From the NCBI GenBank assembly GCA_973895155.1, contig OZ316897.1:17342058-17406057 (forward strand): a stretch of DNA of 64,000 nucleotides, in the 5' to 3' direction. Shown here piece after piece: positions 1 to 13,799 of the stretch. Origin of the DNA: Marsupella aquatica. Lineage: Eukaryota; Plantae; Marchantiophyta. Positions within the stretch are counted from its first letter, which is position 1. Each line of letters opens with the position of its first letter. The notes under the pieces were generated by a model. It ran no database searches and had not been told where the DNA came from. It saw only the letters and a program-made list of their open reading frames with translations. The position numbers were made by a program, and so were the translations under genes.

Positions 1-184
1 CCTTTTTGCAGATCAAAGTGACTATATATACTATGTAGAGTAACTTAGTTTAAATACTTTCCGGTAATTGCTCATCAGACTTTATATATCATGCAGAGTA
101 ACTTAGTTTACTTGTTAGAGAATCCTTTCCAGTAAATGCACATCAAAATGCCACATCCCTGGCCACATAGGGTATATTCAATGT

Positions 185-345
185 AGTGCGGCAAGTGCGT
201 TGGATGGATTTTCCAATACCACAATAAATTATGTTGCAAGTGAGTTGGATGGATTTACAATACCACAATAAATTATGTTGTTTTAATTTGTGCCCACATA
301 CTGGTTGGGTGGATTTTTCCCTACCACAATAATTCAGATTATTGT
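185..345. repeat. Short tandem repeat, ~45-bp unit (two near-identical copies plus one degenerate)
   Basis: gcaagtg(c/a)gttggatggattt...caataccacaataaattatgtt occurs head-to-tail at ~191 and ~236, with a diverged third copy at ~303. Confidence 0.7.
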
Positions 346-1530
346 TATATCATTGAGTGTTGTTCCTTCTATGTTAGTATCTGGCTGCTACTATTTGATG
401 TGCAATAACTGGGACATTAAGCAAGGCTTCTTATCTTCAAACTTCAATGAGCTTAGTACTAGATTTGAGTAGCTCCAACTAGTGCAAAGGGCACCCCCGT
501 CCATTAAACTAGCTACTTCCAACTGTCATTCTCAATCATGGCAGTTGATGGCAAACAACTTGTTGTGTAATCTCCCAGAGTTGGTGCCTCAAATGAAAAG
601 TTGGTATAGAACCAGACAATGTTAGTATACACAACCATCAGACCGGCCACCAGACTAGAGCTAGCCACGATCAGTAGATGGATCTCAAGTACAAAGGATC
701 GAGTGCGTGAAATTATCCTATGACTAGAGTGTTTGTCTAGACAAAGTATTGCAAGCCCATGCTAACCAATGAAGTTGAAGTAAAGTTCCCCATATGAATT
801 CCAAATGCCAAGTTCTTTTGGAGTCGTTACTGTGGACTTAGTTGGGATACTTTGCTTCAACTTCATTTGGACATCAAAGTTATTAAACAGATGACTTAGT
901 CTTGACTTTTCTGGTTTTGGTAAACTGATCATCAGCCATAGTTGGCAGGACAGCTTAGTATATATAGTGGTTGATTAAAGTACATCATGTTTCACTAGAC
1001 AAATAATGCAAGTTAATTTGGGAATCCGAACCATGGACAAGATTTCATTGGGAAGTTCATAGGAACAGTCAAATAAGAGTTTTAAGAGTATTGATGATTC
1101 TAAAAATAAATTATTCTACTGTTCTCGATGAATGTGCCCCCATCACAATCGATTAGAAGCAGGAATCTCCATCAAGTAACGCCTTTCCAGGAAATGAATT
1201 CGCATCTAGACCCATGCATGCTCGACTTTGTTTTTGGCTCGAAATTAGTTCATCAGCAAGAGATCTGGAATGCATCCATGCCACATTTTATCATCCAACC
1301 TTAGACATTCTCTAGCTGTGTATTCCAGTAGACTTTTATCCCTTCCAACATGAGTTTGGACTAAAGCTATGATACGAAATCAATGCTGGCAACTGTGCTG
1401 TGGAAATTTGCAACTGAAGGCACCATGTCAAACTTTTATCGTAATTCAACCTTTTCCATTGTCCAGATGTATGTGTACTAGCCTGACTGTCCAGTTCTTT
1501 CAGTGTAAGGAGAGATGAGTACTTCAAGCT

Positions 1531-1648
1531 AATTTTGTTTGACTTGGAACTTGAGTCAGTGACTCCACGTTGTCAGAGACAATCCCATTTCAGGGTGAGT
1601 CTCTGAAAATGTGGAGTCACTGACTCAAGTTCCAAGTCAAACAAAATT
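1531..1648. repeat. Long inverted repeat / hairpin with perfect 38-bp arms
   Basis: 1531-1568 (aattttgtttgacttggaacttgagtcagtgactccac) is the exact reverse complement of 1611-1648. The stem extends imperfectly inward (tcagagac/gtctctga). Confidence 0.9.
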
Positions 1649-3289
1649 CACATAGCAATTATATTAACATTAAAATTCAACACAAATTGATCGGTTCCAA
1701 CGTGAGTCTGGAGTAAATTAAGCAATCGAAAACTGGTGATGTCAAGCCTGCTGATAGTCCACACAAGGCGTGAGTCAACAACATTGCAGTCGACATTTTA
1801 CATATCGAAGTCCACTAAAGCAGAGATGACGACTGCAATGGAGTGAACCTTCATCTATATAGCTTGCGTGACCTCACCCACTCAGAGACTAGAGCAAGCT
1901 ACAAAGAATAATTATCTACATCCGCCGGCATCGCGTCGTTGCGGCGGCTCTGGAGGGTGATCTAGAATCGGAGCAAGTGTACCTCGAAAGAGGTTACTGA
2001 CCCTTTAGCCGCTTCGAGTTCAAGACTTACTCGTTTTGAGATCTGTATCCAGTTGCCTGATCTAACATTTTGCTCTGTTCGGTGCTATCCTGCCGGGAAT
2101 TTTCAACTCTATGTTTCTTTAAATTGTTGACGTTGTCTTTCAAAGCGCAAAGTCTCTTCTCGATCTAATGGTTTCAATTACTTTTCAGTAAATTTCACTT
2201 TCAAGGGAGAAAAAAGTATCTTCTCGAGGTTAACAAAGCACCTTCGGCAATATGGGAGGTACAGTACAGGAGGAGCTGCTCTTCTCGGCTCGATGAGACT
2301 CAGAACAGTAAGCACACCAACCTAGAAATGTAGAGAAGGACACTCAGGTAAAGCTGTAGCTGACGATCATGAACCTGTACAAGTGTTAATTGTCTTTTGT
2401 TTTGATGAACGTGTACAACATCACAAACGGATTGCATCCACGACACGACATCAGGGTTTCTTTGGGCAGCTCTGTTACATTATTCCTTATGAGTGGAGGA
2501 ATGTCCAGTGCATGTGTCACCCATATAGTTCGATATGTGAATGGAATGATGCATTTCTTCCACGGCCTGAAGTGGTAAGCTTAAAACCTATCCTCTATAG
2601 TTGCTTTAGGTCGAGTCGGGGATCGAGTTAGTCGTTTAATTTGCTAAATGTCGTCCATGGAAAGAAAAGGCAAGAAGGGGACCTTAAATATTCACCCTGA
2701 ATTGATCTACTCACATTCATTTTAATTTTTGTTTGTTGCCTAGCTAGATTATCTTGTCGGAAAATTTCTGCGGAATGAAGATAGCCGATTATTCCGATCT
2801 TGAAATTTCAGGCGCACAAAAGGGCTACGTGAAAAAAATACTCCAATGTCCACAAATCAATTGAGGAAAATGTCCTCCGAAGTACTCGTTCAACCGATAC
2901 AAACGACCACTATAGTCCTGGACCTCGAGATCACATCCTTCTTTCTAACTGTCGGCGATGCATGGACATTTTGCACAAAGGCGACTGAAAGACAAGAAGA
3001 ACGGATGAGACAAGTCAGAGTGAACAAAACACCATAAATCTAGGCGAATTTTGAGAAGAATCTTTGTAAAACAGTTTTTCAGTCTGTTAAACGCTAACTC
3101 TCAGTTTCCTCATCTCAAACCGAGGCAGAATTGAGATATAGGAAAACATGTACATCACCAAATCATCTACCGCTAGTATTATGCAAGAATAAGTGTTACC
3201 TCAAAATTAGTGCTAGCAAAAACTTAATTTTGAACGCATTAGCGAAAGTAAGACTGATTCCCTCAGGTTTACAAAACGGCGTTTTCAGG

Positions 3290-3621
3290 TGTACGTAGTC
3301 AGTAACATTCGATGACACAAACTGTACCCAGTATCACAAAATCGAGCATGCACTCGTCCCAAAGAAGTCTCACAATTTCAACATGCTGTAGTATCAAAGC
3401 CCACTGAATCCCAAGCTGAAGAGAGAGTCAAAAGATTTCATCAGCTTTTCAAAGACCTTGACTTAATTATGAAAGAATTGTAACATAGCTTCATCGATCA
3501 GGAAAAGGGGGACGTTGCCCACGATGAGATGGGTCTAGTCAAAAGCAGACAGAATTTTGTGAAACTATCGCCCCCAAAGTCCTGGACAAGACATATGGAG
3601 CAATATCTACGCGAACAGTGA
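3290..3621 (+). pseudogene. Possible decayed coding exon of unknown family
   Basis: After a ttttcag acceptor, ~110 codons read with only two internal stops (VYVVSNIR*HKLY...EERVKRFHQLFKDLDLIMKEL*HSF...YLREQ*). No recognisable motif. Confidence 0.25.
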
Positions 3622-4984
3622 AGAGTCCAATTTGGACAAGCCTGGGGGAAGCAAAATAGTCAGGAATCCGAAGTGAAGAACGACTTTTGTCTTTCTTAGT
3701 ATCATGAAATATTTAAAGTGCAAAAATCTGCTATGATTATTGAATGTCAACTTAATGGAATGGAGAAAATTTAGAAAAAAGGGGAGCAAAGAAATAATTC
3801 GTCAAAGCCACTAAAAATCATCAAACGTACTTCAATGCTTGGACAATTTTGTCAGATAGCATATCGAACTTAGGTTTCACAATAGATGTCAATTTAATTT
3901 TACTCTCTGTGGACATTTCTTTGACGTATCGATAAAGTAGAACTGTACTTAAAAACAAATCTGTTTTTTGTTAAGGATTGGCGGAGCATGCGGTAGTAGT
4001 AGTACGTTTTGATTTTCATAACCACTTTTATATTTTAACAAAAGGACTCCTTGCAAATGTGTATGCAAATTCTCCATACGCTTGTTTCTTTTCAGTTAGT
4101 TAATTTATTCCATTCCCAATTACACATGAGTATTTTGGCGATGGCCCGGACGATGGTTAGAGGATACTGTGTCTATCCGGCTCTTAATTTTCTTGCTACC
4201 TCCCCATAACCTCGTTGGATCTGTTTCTGGTTTTAACCACGGAATTACATGCAGTAGATGGTCCCGTTTTGAAGAGATGCAGTTTCTTAGTTGTAGTAGC
4301 TATTGTGATTGGAGAGAATGCCTGGTCTCCTATAAAGCCGATGCCTTACTTGCTATTTAATCATCAAGCGACCGGAGTTTGAAAGGAGCCCCTGGTGCAT
4401 GGAGGGGACCAGTTCAACAAAACGTGGTTTGATTTACTTTACTTACTCGAGCATTCTCGATTTTCATTTGAGTGTACCAAAGATGCATGCCATCGATCAT
4501 CGCAGGCTTACTGAAGAAGATTCGACTTAGGAGTTCGGGCGCCCTCCTCTGATTTACGACCCTATTATGTTCCTTGGCTTGTTCCTTCCTAAAGAATTAA
4601 TGTTCACGGTTGAAGGAAAGGTGCATACTTTGGGACACGGGTATGGCATCCGAGTCCTCGGTCTTGAGAAATTGGTTGATAAACATGTGCACAGGTTCGA
4701 CTTCTTCAAAGATTCAGCCTCATGCTATGATAGTACGGTTACAGATATAAGTCTATCTGTGCTATAGCTGCCGATGATGATATTCTAGTAATACTGGATC
4801 ACTTTCCACGTGAAACGTTTTCCGAAGACGAAGGGAGCAATATTTCGGGAGAAGGAAGGTACCTCATTCCTTTCTTCATGGGGAAGGATTTGGTATCGAG
4901 AAGCAGGAGCTAGTGTGGGACTCGGAAACTAAGTGAAATGATTTCCAACCGAGACGAAACCGAAGACCAGGGGAGGAGTCGGGG

Positions 4985-5040
4985 GAGCAGTGCTCGGAGC
5001 AGTGTTCTGAATAGTGCTCGGAGCAGTGCTCTGAATAGGG
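4985..5040. repeat. 12-bp minisatellite (reads SEHC/SEHY on the minus strand)
   Basis: gcagtgctcgga / gcagtgttctga / atagtgctcgga / gcagtgctctga units in tandem. Confidence 0.7.
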
Positions 5041-7629
5041 AACATACTTCATTTCTACTTCATGCATGGCAAAGGGTCGGTTTTAACTGGTATCGCGAAC
5101 CGGGAGATTGTGTGCATGGGACTAGAAACGGGAGGAGAGTAGTTACTACTAGGTTTTGCCGATGGTAATAACCAGGCAGCTAGGACGTCATCCTTCCAGT
5201 TTTAATTTTCCCATCATGTGTCCTATCCGGCTGTAATCAAGGGGAGAACGCAAGGGTCTTCAGCGAAATGGATGGTTTTACTCATCTTTATTTCCGACGG
5301 GAGTACCCTCCCATCTCTCTGGAAAGCCCATCCTGGATCACAACAAAACTAAATTAACAGGCGTGAATCACTTGCACCTTCGACTTCAAACTAGGGTGGA
5401 GTAACTGAAAGCTATGGAACTGATGTGACTGTTTCTTCAGTCGTCATATCTAGCTGTCTAGTGAGCAGTATGGTCTCCTGGTATCGTCAGCTTGGTATAA
5501 GATCTCAAAGCATCCAGTCTTACGTTTATACAGTCTTGGCCTTCCGTCTAGGGCATTCATTTCCCAGGAGGTTTTATGAAGGACTTAATGAACCTGCACA
5601 TTCAATTAATAATCAGCATGAGTTGCTTAGCTTTAATTTAATTAAGTCCGAAAGTACTGTACGTCGGGGGTTTTCTCCATGAAGTAGGTTAGTGACTCGT
5701 CATTTCACCAGTGTATTTAAACATCTACAAAAAGACGTTCCAAGCGTTGAGCATTTTTATTAGTGAATATGACAATGACATGGAAGTTCCCAATAAAAAT
5801 ATTTTCAACATCCAGGTCTTTGTCAGATATATATACCAGGACCAGTTGTTTGAGTACTTGTCTTGAAAATTTGTGGAGTTATGGAAAAAGCCTACCTGTC
5901 CAGTGCATCCATTTAATTAAATCTACTTCCATCGATCAGCCTTAGTTCCATTTAACTCTACTTCATCAGCCTTAGTTATCACATTTACAGGTAGTCCCTA
6001 GAATCATGGCAGCTTGAATATACAGATTGAAGCAAATTCACGTACCATGTTAGGTTTATATTTCCAAGCTAGTGAGGGCTCTAGAGTAAGTCAGAGCTAA
6101 TAGCTCTTTCCTTCAGTGTATCTGTCCCCTAGAGATTAAAATATCAGGTGACCCAGGAAACAGCGGGGGAAACAGAGATAATTTCAGATAAGTGACAAGG
6201 CATAATATATGTTTGGATGTGACGCTCAGTGATTACGAGCTTAGGTCCAACTACTGATATAGCCTAGACATGATAAAGGATGTGAGAGTTACTCCATAAC
6301 ATGTGTGACAAACATCAAAATTAATAGACTGTATCCCTTGTTCTGAGCCTTTGTCAGGTCCAGATGATAGAATATTGCATCTTCCAATTTCATTTCCAAT
6401 TGAATTAAAAATAGTACGTCATTGGTAGTTTTAGCAGAGACCTATCATTATTTATGGCGAAAGATCGTCAAGATAGAAAGATGGTACATTGTCTAATACA
6501 CCTGTATCAGTAAATTTACATTCAAAATGAGAGTATGCAGATTTCCATGCACATATTAGTTCCAGCATTGCTACACCCTGAACTATCTATACTCTCCTGT
6601 CACTACATAGTCTATGCATAGAAATTGATAACAAGCCATCGGAAAAAGATCTCTTGATCCTATGTAGGTTTTGTCAGTAATGCAGATACTTCTGAAGAAG
6701 GTAATCTTCCTGCCCCGCTCTCTGCTATTGTTGGCCCAGTCACCTGTACACCTGCTGAGTCACTGGCGGGGTCACTGGTCTGGGACCCATCTATGCTAAT
6801 ACCATATTTGCCAACTTAGGTGACATAAATACCTTCTTCCCTAGTCAGTTGGACTCATCTTCCTTCCTGAATCCTCCACTTAGGGTCCTTTTGGAGGTAC
6901 TTTGTCTAAGCGGCCTTGGGAAGGCGGCTTGTTTGGCCAAGCAAGACCGAAGGGCACTGCCGATGAACTACAGAGACTGGTCAATGATCATATGAAGTAA
7001 AGACTAGGCACTGTAGCAGGCTTTACAGTCTAGCACCTCGATCTATCGATCCCCTCTACGCACACTGAGTCACTAGTCAGGTTCCGCTCATCCCCTCTCC
7101 ACACCCTGAGTCAGGTGGCTAATACCTTGATTGCCAGCTAAGATTAGATGAATGCATTGCCTAATCAGTACCCTCCTCTTCCACTCCTGAATCCTCCCCG
7201 GCCTCCTTCCTTTCGGAGTACAAATATTCTTTCTCTATCAGAACATGTTAATATGTTGTGTAGCCTTAAGATAGTGTGGGTCCTTGTCCCATCCTTTCCT
7301 ATTTCCTGTTACCTAGGCGTCTTATAAAGCAAAGGCAGACCCGCTTAAATGTGTACAAGCTGGAGGACCATCCGATACATATTCTTGGCTTTGGAGCTTC
7401 ATATATTGCATCTTTCAGATCCCTATAGCTAAGCTTCAGCGCAGAGTCGTCCAAAAGTGTTGTGTTCTCTGCAATTCCCATAGCAACAGCTTGGTCTGCA
7501 CGGAACTTTCAGAGCTATTATATATGGGCTGAACTAGCAGCCAAGAAGGTAAAGGGAATTTGCTTGCCTTGGTGAAAGAGATATCTGAGTGGGGTTCTTC
7601 TTAGCCGCCCGTTGCTCAAGAAAAACAGT

Positions 7630-8360
7630 AAGCCATCAGGAAACATGCCGGGGCCGAAAGACACAATGGAGGATTCAATGCAGGATATCCTTGACTCTCG
7701 ATCTTGAGATTGAGCAAGGTCTGAAATTCAGCCCTACGGATGAATTGGAGAACTTGGATCTAAAGCTTACTCGTCAATTCCTAGCAAAGAAGCTGCCTCA
7801 TTCGCGACCTTCTACTGATTGTGCAGCAATCTCATGTGATTATCAACATTTCTTTCTACAACTCTGACCTTTCTTAGAGGGGTGGCTCAGAATAGTGTCC
7901 ATTGTCTTCTTGAGGGACAGTCTACTTTTTCTGTTCCCTTGTGAACTTTTCTTTGGTTCTCTCTATTCTTGCCTTAATTTGTTGTGAGTAATAATGTTAA
8001 TTTTGAACCACTAGGCTGAGTGACTTGGCCAGAAACAGATGGAACTATAAATTTGATATTTACTTCGAAATCTTCTGGGTCAGTGGATAGATTCTGGGGC
8101 AATGTATTTCTTGTCCCAAGTCTTAGTTTTGGATAAAGATATGGATCTTATGGACAGGCTCGGTTTAGTTTTAATGATTTATACATGGTGGACATGTGAT
8201 GCAGACTTTCCCTAGAAAAAGAGCAAGGAAGGCACTGTCAGCCTTGAAAGGAGGTGTTAAAAAGCCAACAAGAAAGAAGGATTGAGAAGCACCTGTAAGC
8301 TAGCTAGTGTTAATCTACCAGAGGAGCAAGACCTTCCAAACTACTTATTGCGGGCGCATC
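7630..8360 (+). pseudogene. NAC-domain transcription factor-like pseudogene, copy 1
   Basis: EQGLKFSPTDE...QFLAKK resembles NAC subdomain A (PGFRFHPTDEELV..YL.KK). A second exon-like segment follows, with frameshifts and stops. ~6480-8360 is an inverted paralog of ~22230-24370. Confidence 0.5.
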
Positions 8361-8489
8361 ATAATTGCGGATATCAATTAATTTATCAATGGAGATCTAA
8401 ATCAGACATAGGGTAGGCAGATTTTCTATCGATCAAAGATTTTTAATGGGGATGCTTCACCAAGGAAAACCACACTGTCATATGCTAGG

Positions 8490-8958
8490 CCCGGGTATCT
8501 AACTCCTCTTTTATAAGGCAAGTTTTTAATTCCTTACAATGGCCTTATATCCAATTGAACATCTTAGATTTCTTTTGAGTCTACTAAAGTCTTGTACATC
8601 TCAACTCAAGGAATCCAAACATGTAACTTAAAAAAACCAAACATGTTTTGATATACAAAAATTTGATCAAAACCAAATTAAATGGGTTTTTTTTCTTAAT
8701 ACATGGGTCTACAGCCAAACTAGCCAACTTTTAGGATTTTTATTAAAATTTTAAAAATCTTTTAATAGAAATTACAACATGTGTAAGAATATTTTTTAAT
8801 TTTATATGGAAGAAAACCCAAACCTTTTATATGACTTGGAAATTTCTAAAAGTGTAAAACCCGGGTTTTTTCAAATTTTAATTATTTTGTATAGCCAACT
8901 TTTTAGTCCATATAAAAATGTAGACCCCTGCCTATTATACAAAAGTTGTGTACCCGGG
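8490..8958. mobile_element. hAT-type MITE family A, copy 1
   Basis: Terminal inverted repeats (TIRs) cccgggtatctaact / agttgtgtacccggg; 8-bp TSD atgctagg/atgcgagg (1 mismatch); AT-rich interior similar to 24699-25164 and 26586-27005. Confidence 0.85.
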
Positions 8959-10999
8959 ATGCGAGGTAGTATGCATCCTTGCTGGAAGGGGCAGGTTGAC
9001 ATAGCTCTTATTATTCTTGTGATGAAATGGACAGGAAATTTGTCTAGACCACATTCAGAATTACGACAGACTAGCTTAGCTTGTGATGAGGGTTTATGGT
9101 AAGTCGACTCACAACATAAATAAAGTTTTCCTCCAAAATTTTGAAAAGACACCTGGGCTGCATGGGTTTTTGGTATGGAAGCATTGCAGAATTGTTACTG
9201 ACTTTTCTTTTTTCTCTAATCTGACAAAAAATAGGTGGGTAGCAGTTTTGCCTACAGGTCAACATTTCTATCCTATTGCAGAAAAGTATTTCAGGCTAAT
9301 AAGATCCATTGGGTTTTTATGGAGTATATGAAAGCTATTTTCAGACTGAGGAGTGGGAACAGTAGCCATAAGTTCAATGGCCACTTGTGGAATGCCAGCT
9401 TGAGGGGTTAAATTACCTTAAGTTTGGAGAACCACAATTTCTTATGTCTATGGAAACAATGATAAATTCTATTTGCAGGGGTATTTGCTTTAATACTGCG
9501 TACTAGCAAAGACATATGAGTAATATCAATCTTATCCAAGTAATAATTTCAATTTGATTTAAGAAAAATTAACCTACTTCATTTCTAAACACCGGAAGTT
9601 TTGTTTTTTTGTCTGTCGTTAGGATAGGCGTGTTATAGGCGTGTTATAGGAACTCAACATCTTTCTATGTACATGATTTTTAAGCCAACATGATTGAGTT
9701 AATACTGGATTGTGTTGTTTTGTGAAGTTCCTTCCGGACCCTCGTTCCGATATGTCAAAACGGTGAAGATCATAACTTACATAAAACATATAAATTAAGA
9801 TTCATAGAAACTTTTGCAATAGTCTATAGAGACTCAAATCAATCCATTAGCTGAAACTGGCATTGCAAACAATATTCAAACTTGGAAACCTATTTGCAAA
9901 ATGTGAAAAGTCCCAGTTTCAAAATAATTACAGGAAATTACTTCACAATTACCAATGATTTAACTTGCAGTTCAACACAGTCATGTTAATTAAAAAATAC
10001 ACAGGTTAGTATCACTTGACTAAAAAGTCCTTGGCCACACTTTTTACAAAAGCAAAGAAAAGGGGAGCACCAAACATGATCTAAGGAATATAAAAGTTTT
10101 GTGATACCTGCATTGCCAATTAATAGTCACGAGGAATCGATTGTCTTTGATGATGATAGAATTATACCTCAGGTTTTGAGATAAGGAAAACTTTTCATTG
10201 AATCCAAACTCCTATACCTATACCACTTGGATGTTCACTTAATTCATTAGTCAAAAATTCATTATCCAAAATATCAACAAACGAGGGGACTATCAAACGT
10301 GAAATGAATATAACTTTGATACCAGTATAATTGCAGTCAACCGCGCGGAGAACCGCGCGTCATCATTGATGGTTCACTTGTTGATTGAGTTCAAAATGAG
10401 GTTTTGAGAAATTAAAAATATACCAATATTGAATCCAAATTCCTGTACATGTAAGTCTGCTAAAAAAAACTCAAATCCTCGTAATTACAACTTGTAAAAT
10501 CTCTGCCTTATTTGTCGTTTACTGAATCCTAAACCAACTAAAATTAATCATGTGGTCAGATCTAGACCTTAAAAATTAATAAATAGGTCACTGGCATAGA
10601 TAAACTTTTGTGACTCATTATGTTTTTATTGTCATTTTGTTTGCAATGCTTTTTTAGATTTGGTCAACAGTCATGTGTCCTGTATTTCATGTGTTGAATG
10701 CACAACTCCATGATTGACTTTGTCATACCTCCATAATGTCTGAAGTAGTAAGAATTTGAGTTGTGGGAGAGTTACACAGAGTTATCACCTAAGAAACCTC
10801 TTTGATGTTTGCCAATTAAACCATATTTGTCAATTGCTTCTACTCTTCTAGTAGGTCACAATTGAGAGGTCAAAAACTAATTAAAGTTTATTGTAATCAT
10901 GATAAGTCAACTTCAAAATGAGTTCAAATATAAATAGTTTTGCAGTTTTAATTTTATTGAGTAAGTTACTCTAACCATTCTTAGGTTTGCAATTCTCTA

Positions 11000-11078
11000 A
11001 TTTGGGGTTTTTTAGGGGGTCCAAGGCCTAAGAACATCGCAAGTGATGGGGTGGCCTCCATTTAGTGAGACCCCCAAG
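11000..11078. mobile_element. Right end of a MITE family B relative
   Basis: ttagggggtccaaggcctaa...agtgagacccccaag matches the right end of 12572-12867. Left end and TSD not found. Confidence 0.55.
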
Positions 11079-12088
11079 TGTCAAATGAATGAGTAAAGGA
11101 TCATCATGACATTTCGCAAAAGATGTCATTGTGTAGAGGCGAGTGTAAAGGATGTCATTATGTAAAAGCTATTGTAAATCCCTCATTGCACAAAAGATGA
11201 TTGTTAATAAGGTCCACTACAAAAACTGAAGAAAATTTATACTATAGGTTTGATAGCTCAATACCTGTGTGTCACACCCAGAGAGACATGACTAGCTTTG
11301 TGGTAGCTCATTTGAGTAGAGATTGATAGGTCTTGGGTTTAACTATTGTGGCTAATTCTTCCCTTCTTGTGGAGTTTCACAGATTTCCCCTTTAATTTAA
11401 AAAATTAAAAATTAAAAATACCCGTGTGTCACACAAGACATGTCATTGCGCAAATTTAAAAAATGTTGTGCAAAAAATGTTGTTGCATGAAAGACGTCAT
11501 ATGAGAAAAGATGTTATTGCATAAATAATAAATAAATGCAAAAGAGGTTACAATGTACAAATGAAAGTAAACATAATCATTATATTGTGAAAACAATGCA
11601 CATGATGAGCTTTAGTCTTTTGCACTCAATATGTTGCCCGTTTATTCAAAAACATCTTCATTAACTATTTTCTTAGAGCAAGTACCAATTGGAGGGCGAG
11701 TATAGATCTATTGAGTTCATTGTCCAGCTCATTGTACTTTCAATGTATGACACATGCTACAAATATAGTTAAGACAGTTTTTAAAGTGACATGTCACCTG
11801 TTTATCAAATGATTAACACAACAAATACCGCTTGGTTTCTACTCTTAATCATTTGTATCGTATGATGGGGACATGGAGGGACGCTATATGGATTAATTTC
11901 CTACTAAGGATGAGTAGATTTGTTTCCGCTCCCAGAAATGTATTTTTTGATCAAGTCTACCAACCCCGCTACCAACTATACGTGTACTACGCTTTTGATC
12001 AAGTCTCGTGGACTATCCTCTTCCTACTCTTCTAGGCCTTTGGCAAAGTGCTGTCACCACTCACACACTCACAAGGTCGACCCAACCA

Positions 12089-12876
12089 TGTAAGTTTCTC
12101 TAAACATTCATGCTAGGGGAAGAACACAATCGTGCACTGAGAGAGAACACCACACAAAAATTTATGAGAATTCAACTAAATCTATATCTTTTGGTGGCCA
12201 ACGTAACACATTGCATGGGCAACCCGGCCTCCTGCCCTCTGCCCGACTCTTGCCTCACAGGACAATGAGCATCTCTCCACCTCACTACTTCGGATCAATT
12301 CCCTACTCTTGTTGAAGGCTAATCCTCAAAACAACAACACTAGACTGAGTTCCCCCCTGCACCTACCGGGGGCTGCCCTTAGATACAAAAGAAAACACAC
12401 CAACGCACACAAGCCCTACAAGGGTGAGACAGCCACTGCCCTGGCTGGCTGCTGCCCCTTGGCGGTGCCACTAATCTCAAAACCTAACTTACATGCAACA
12501 CACACATGTATGATTCACCAACCTAGCATATCCTAAGGGAAACCGACGGGGCCTTCAACGGTGCCCACTACCTTGGGGGTTTCACTTCCACAAAAATGGC
12601 ATATCACGTGCGACGAAGGATAGGGTAATTTTAGTGGTTCTAAGGGAAGACTTAAGAATTTTTGTAGAAGAACAATAGGGTCTTTTAAATTCAATTTTGA
12701 GACTTATAAGAACATTAGGGTCTTTTTAATCCAATTTTTAGAATATTCCAAGAATATTCCAACTTTATAGGGGTTAAAAAATTAAAAAAATTCTTACATT
12801 TTAGGGGGTCCGAGGCCTAAAAACGTCGCAGGCGATGGGGAGGTCCCCATATAGTGAGACCCCCGAGCCCACTACA
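12089..12876. mobile_element. Possible old solo LTR hosting MITE B
   Basis: TGTAAG...CTACA termini and LTR-like composition. No matching TSD. Confidence 0.3.
12572..12867. mobile_element. hAT-type MITE family B
   Basis: TIRs cttgggggtttcact / agtgagacccccgag; perfect 8-bp TSD cccactac (12564-12571, 12868-12875). Confidence 0.9.
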
Positions 12877-13512
12877 ACTCCGCTAAACAAGGAATCACTG
12901 GAGTCCACCATCTCTTATCCTATTTATCCATCTTGCCTACCAGCCTCAACCCTCTTGATTGCCACCATCGGTCCGCTGTAAAAGGGGGGCCCCTACAATT
13001 GTTGAAACTAAAATTTTCTCAGAATGTCCTTCTGAAAACATATCTGACCTGCTCTTCCTGATCACGGATCCATAAACGGCTCCCAAAATGGATCCCGAAC
13101 GACCAAGATACGGTTGTTTACATTTTTACGGTAATTGGGGCACCGTTTCCCTCCTCTCCATCCGTACAAGACACCACCCCGGCTTTGCAAAACATGGATC
13201 AAAGATCCCCATATGTGCTGCTACCTCCTCCTCTTCTTGGAAATCTGGGACCTCCTGCAGACGGACGTCCATGAGGCCTCCAAACTCCCGTATTCTAAAA
13301 AACATGCGATCCATTGTATCTCCTCCATCTTAGCTTCGTTTTGGCCGTGTGACATGTTGTTGGATTCAGCTCGGCAAGCTCTTTCCAACAAGCTCGTAAA
13401 ATCCTGATTTTGAGATGGTCAAAAATTTGATGTTTGTACAACGAGGGTCCGTACACACATTGAAAACAAGCACAACAGGGGAATGGTTTAGGGTTTAGGT
13501 ATGGGTGGGAAC

Positions 13513-13799
13513 CAGTGTATTTTTTAAGTGCAAATTTTAGCCAAATTTCACCTCCCCAAAAAACTTTCGCCACTTTTGGCTAATATTAGCTACATTTTTT
13601 TGACACCATTAGCCACTCTTCCACCAAATCATAGGCCCCATTAACCATAATCTAAGGGCCCTCCTTAAATCTAGGGATATCTGACGGTCAACATTTAATT
13701 TGGTAAAACCTGGCAGAGAAGATTCCTAGAATCTCCTCCTTTAGAGAAACAAACATTCGCCACACTGGCTACAAATAAAAAACCTTAAAAAATACACTG
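13513..13799. mobile_element. hAT-type MITE family C
   Basis: Perfect 16-bp TIRs cagtgtattttttaag / cttaaaaaatacactg (CAG start typical of hAT); perfect 8-bp TSD gtgggaac (13505-13512, 13800-13807). Confidence 0.92.

Noticed and set aside
185-345. CRISPR-like array
   Set aside because: Units are head-to-tail without unique regular spacers, there are no cas genes, and the context is eukaryotic.
2250-3040. Intact host gene
   Set aside because: Only short ORFs with stops and no recognisable domain; splice-like signals alone are insufficient.
10226-11078. Full-length ~850-bp MITE B relative
   Set aside because: The candidate left TIR is weak and the flanks (ctatacca vs tgtcaaat) are not a TSD; only the right end is reported.
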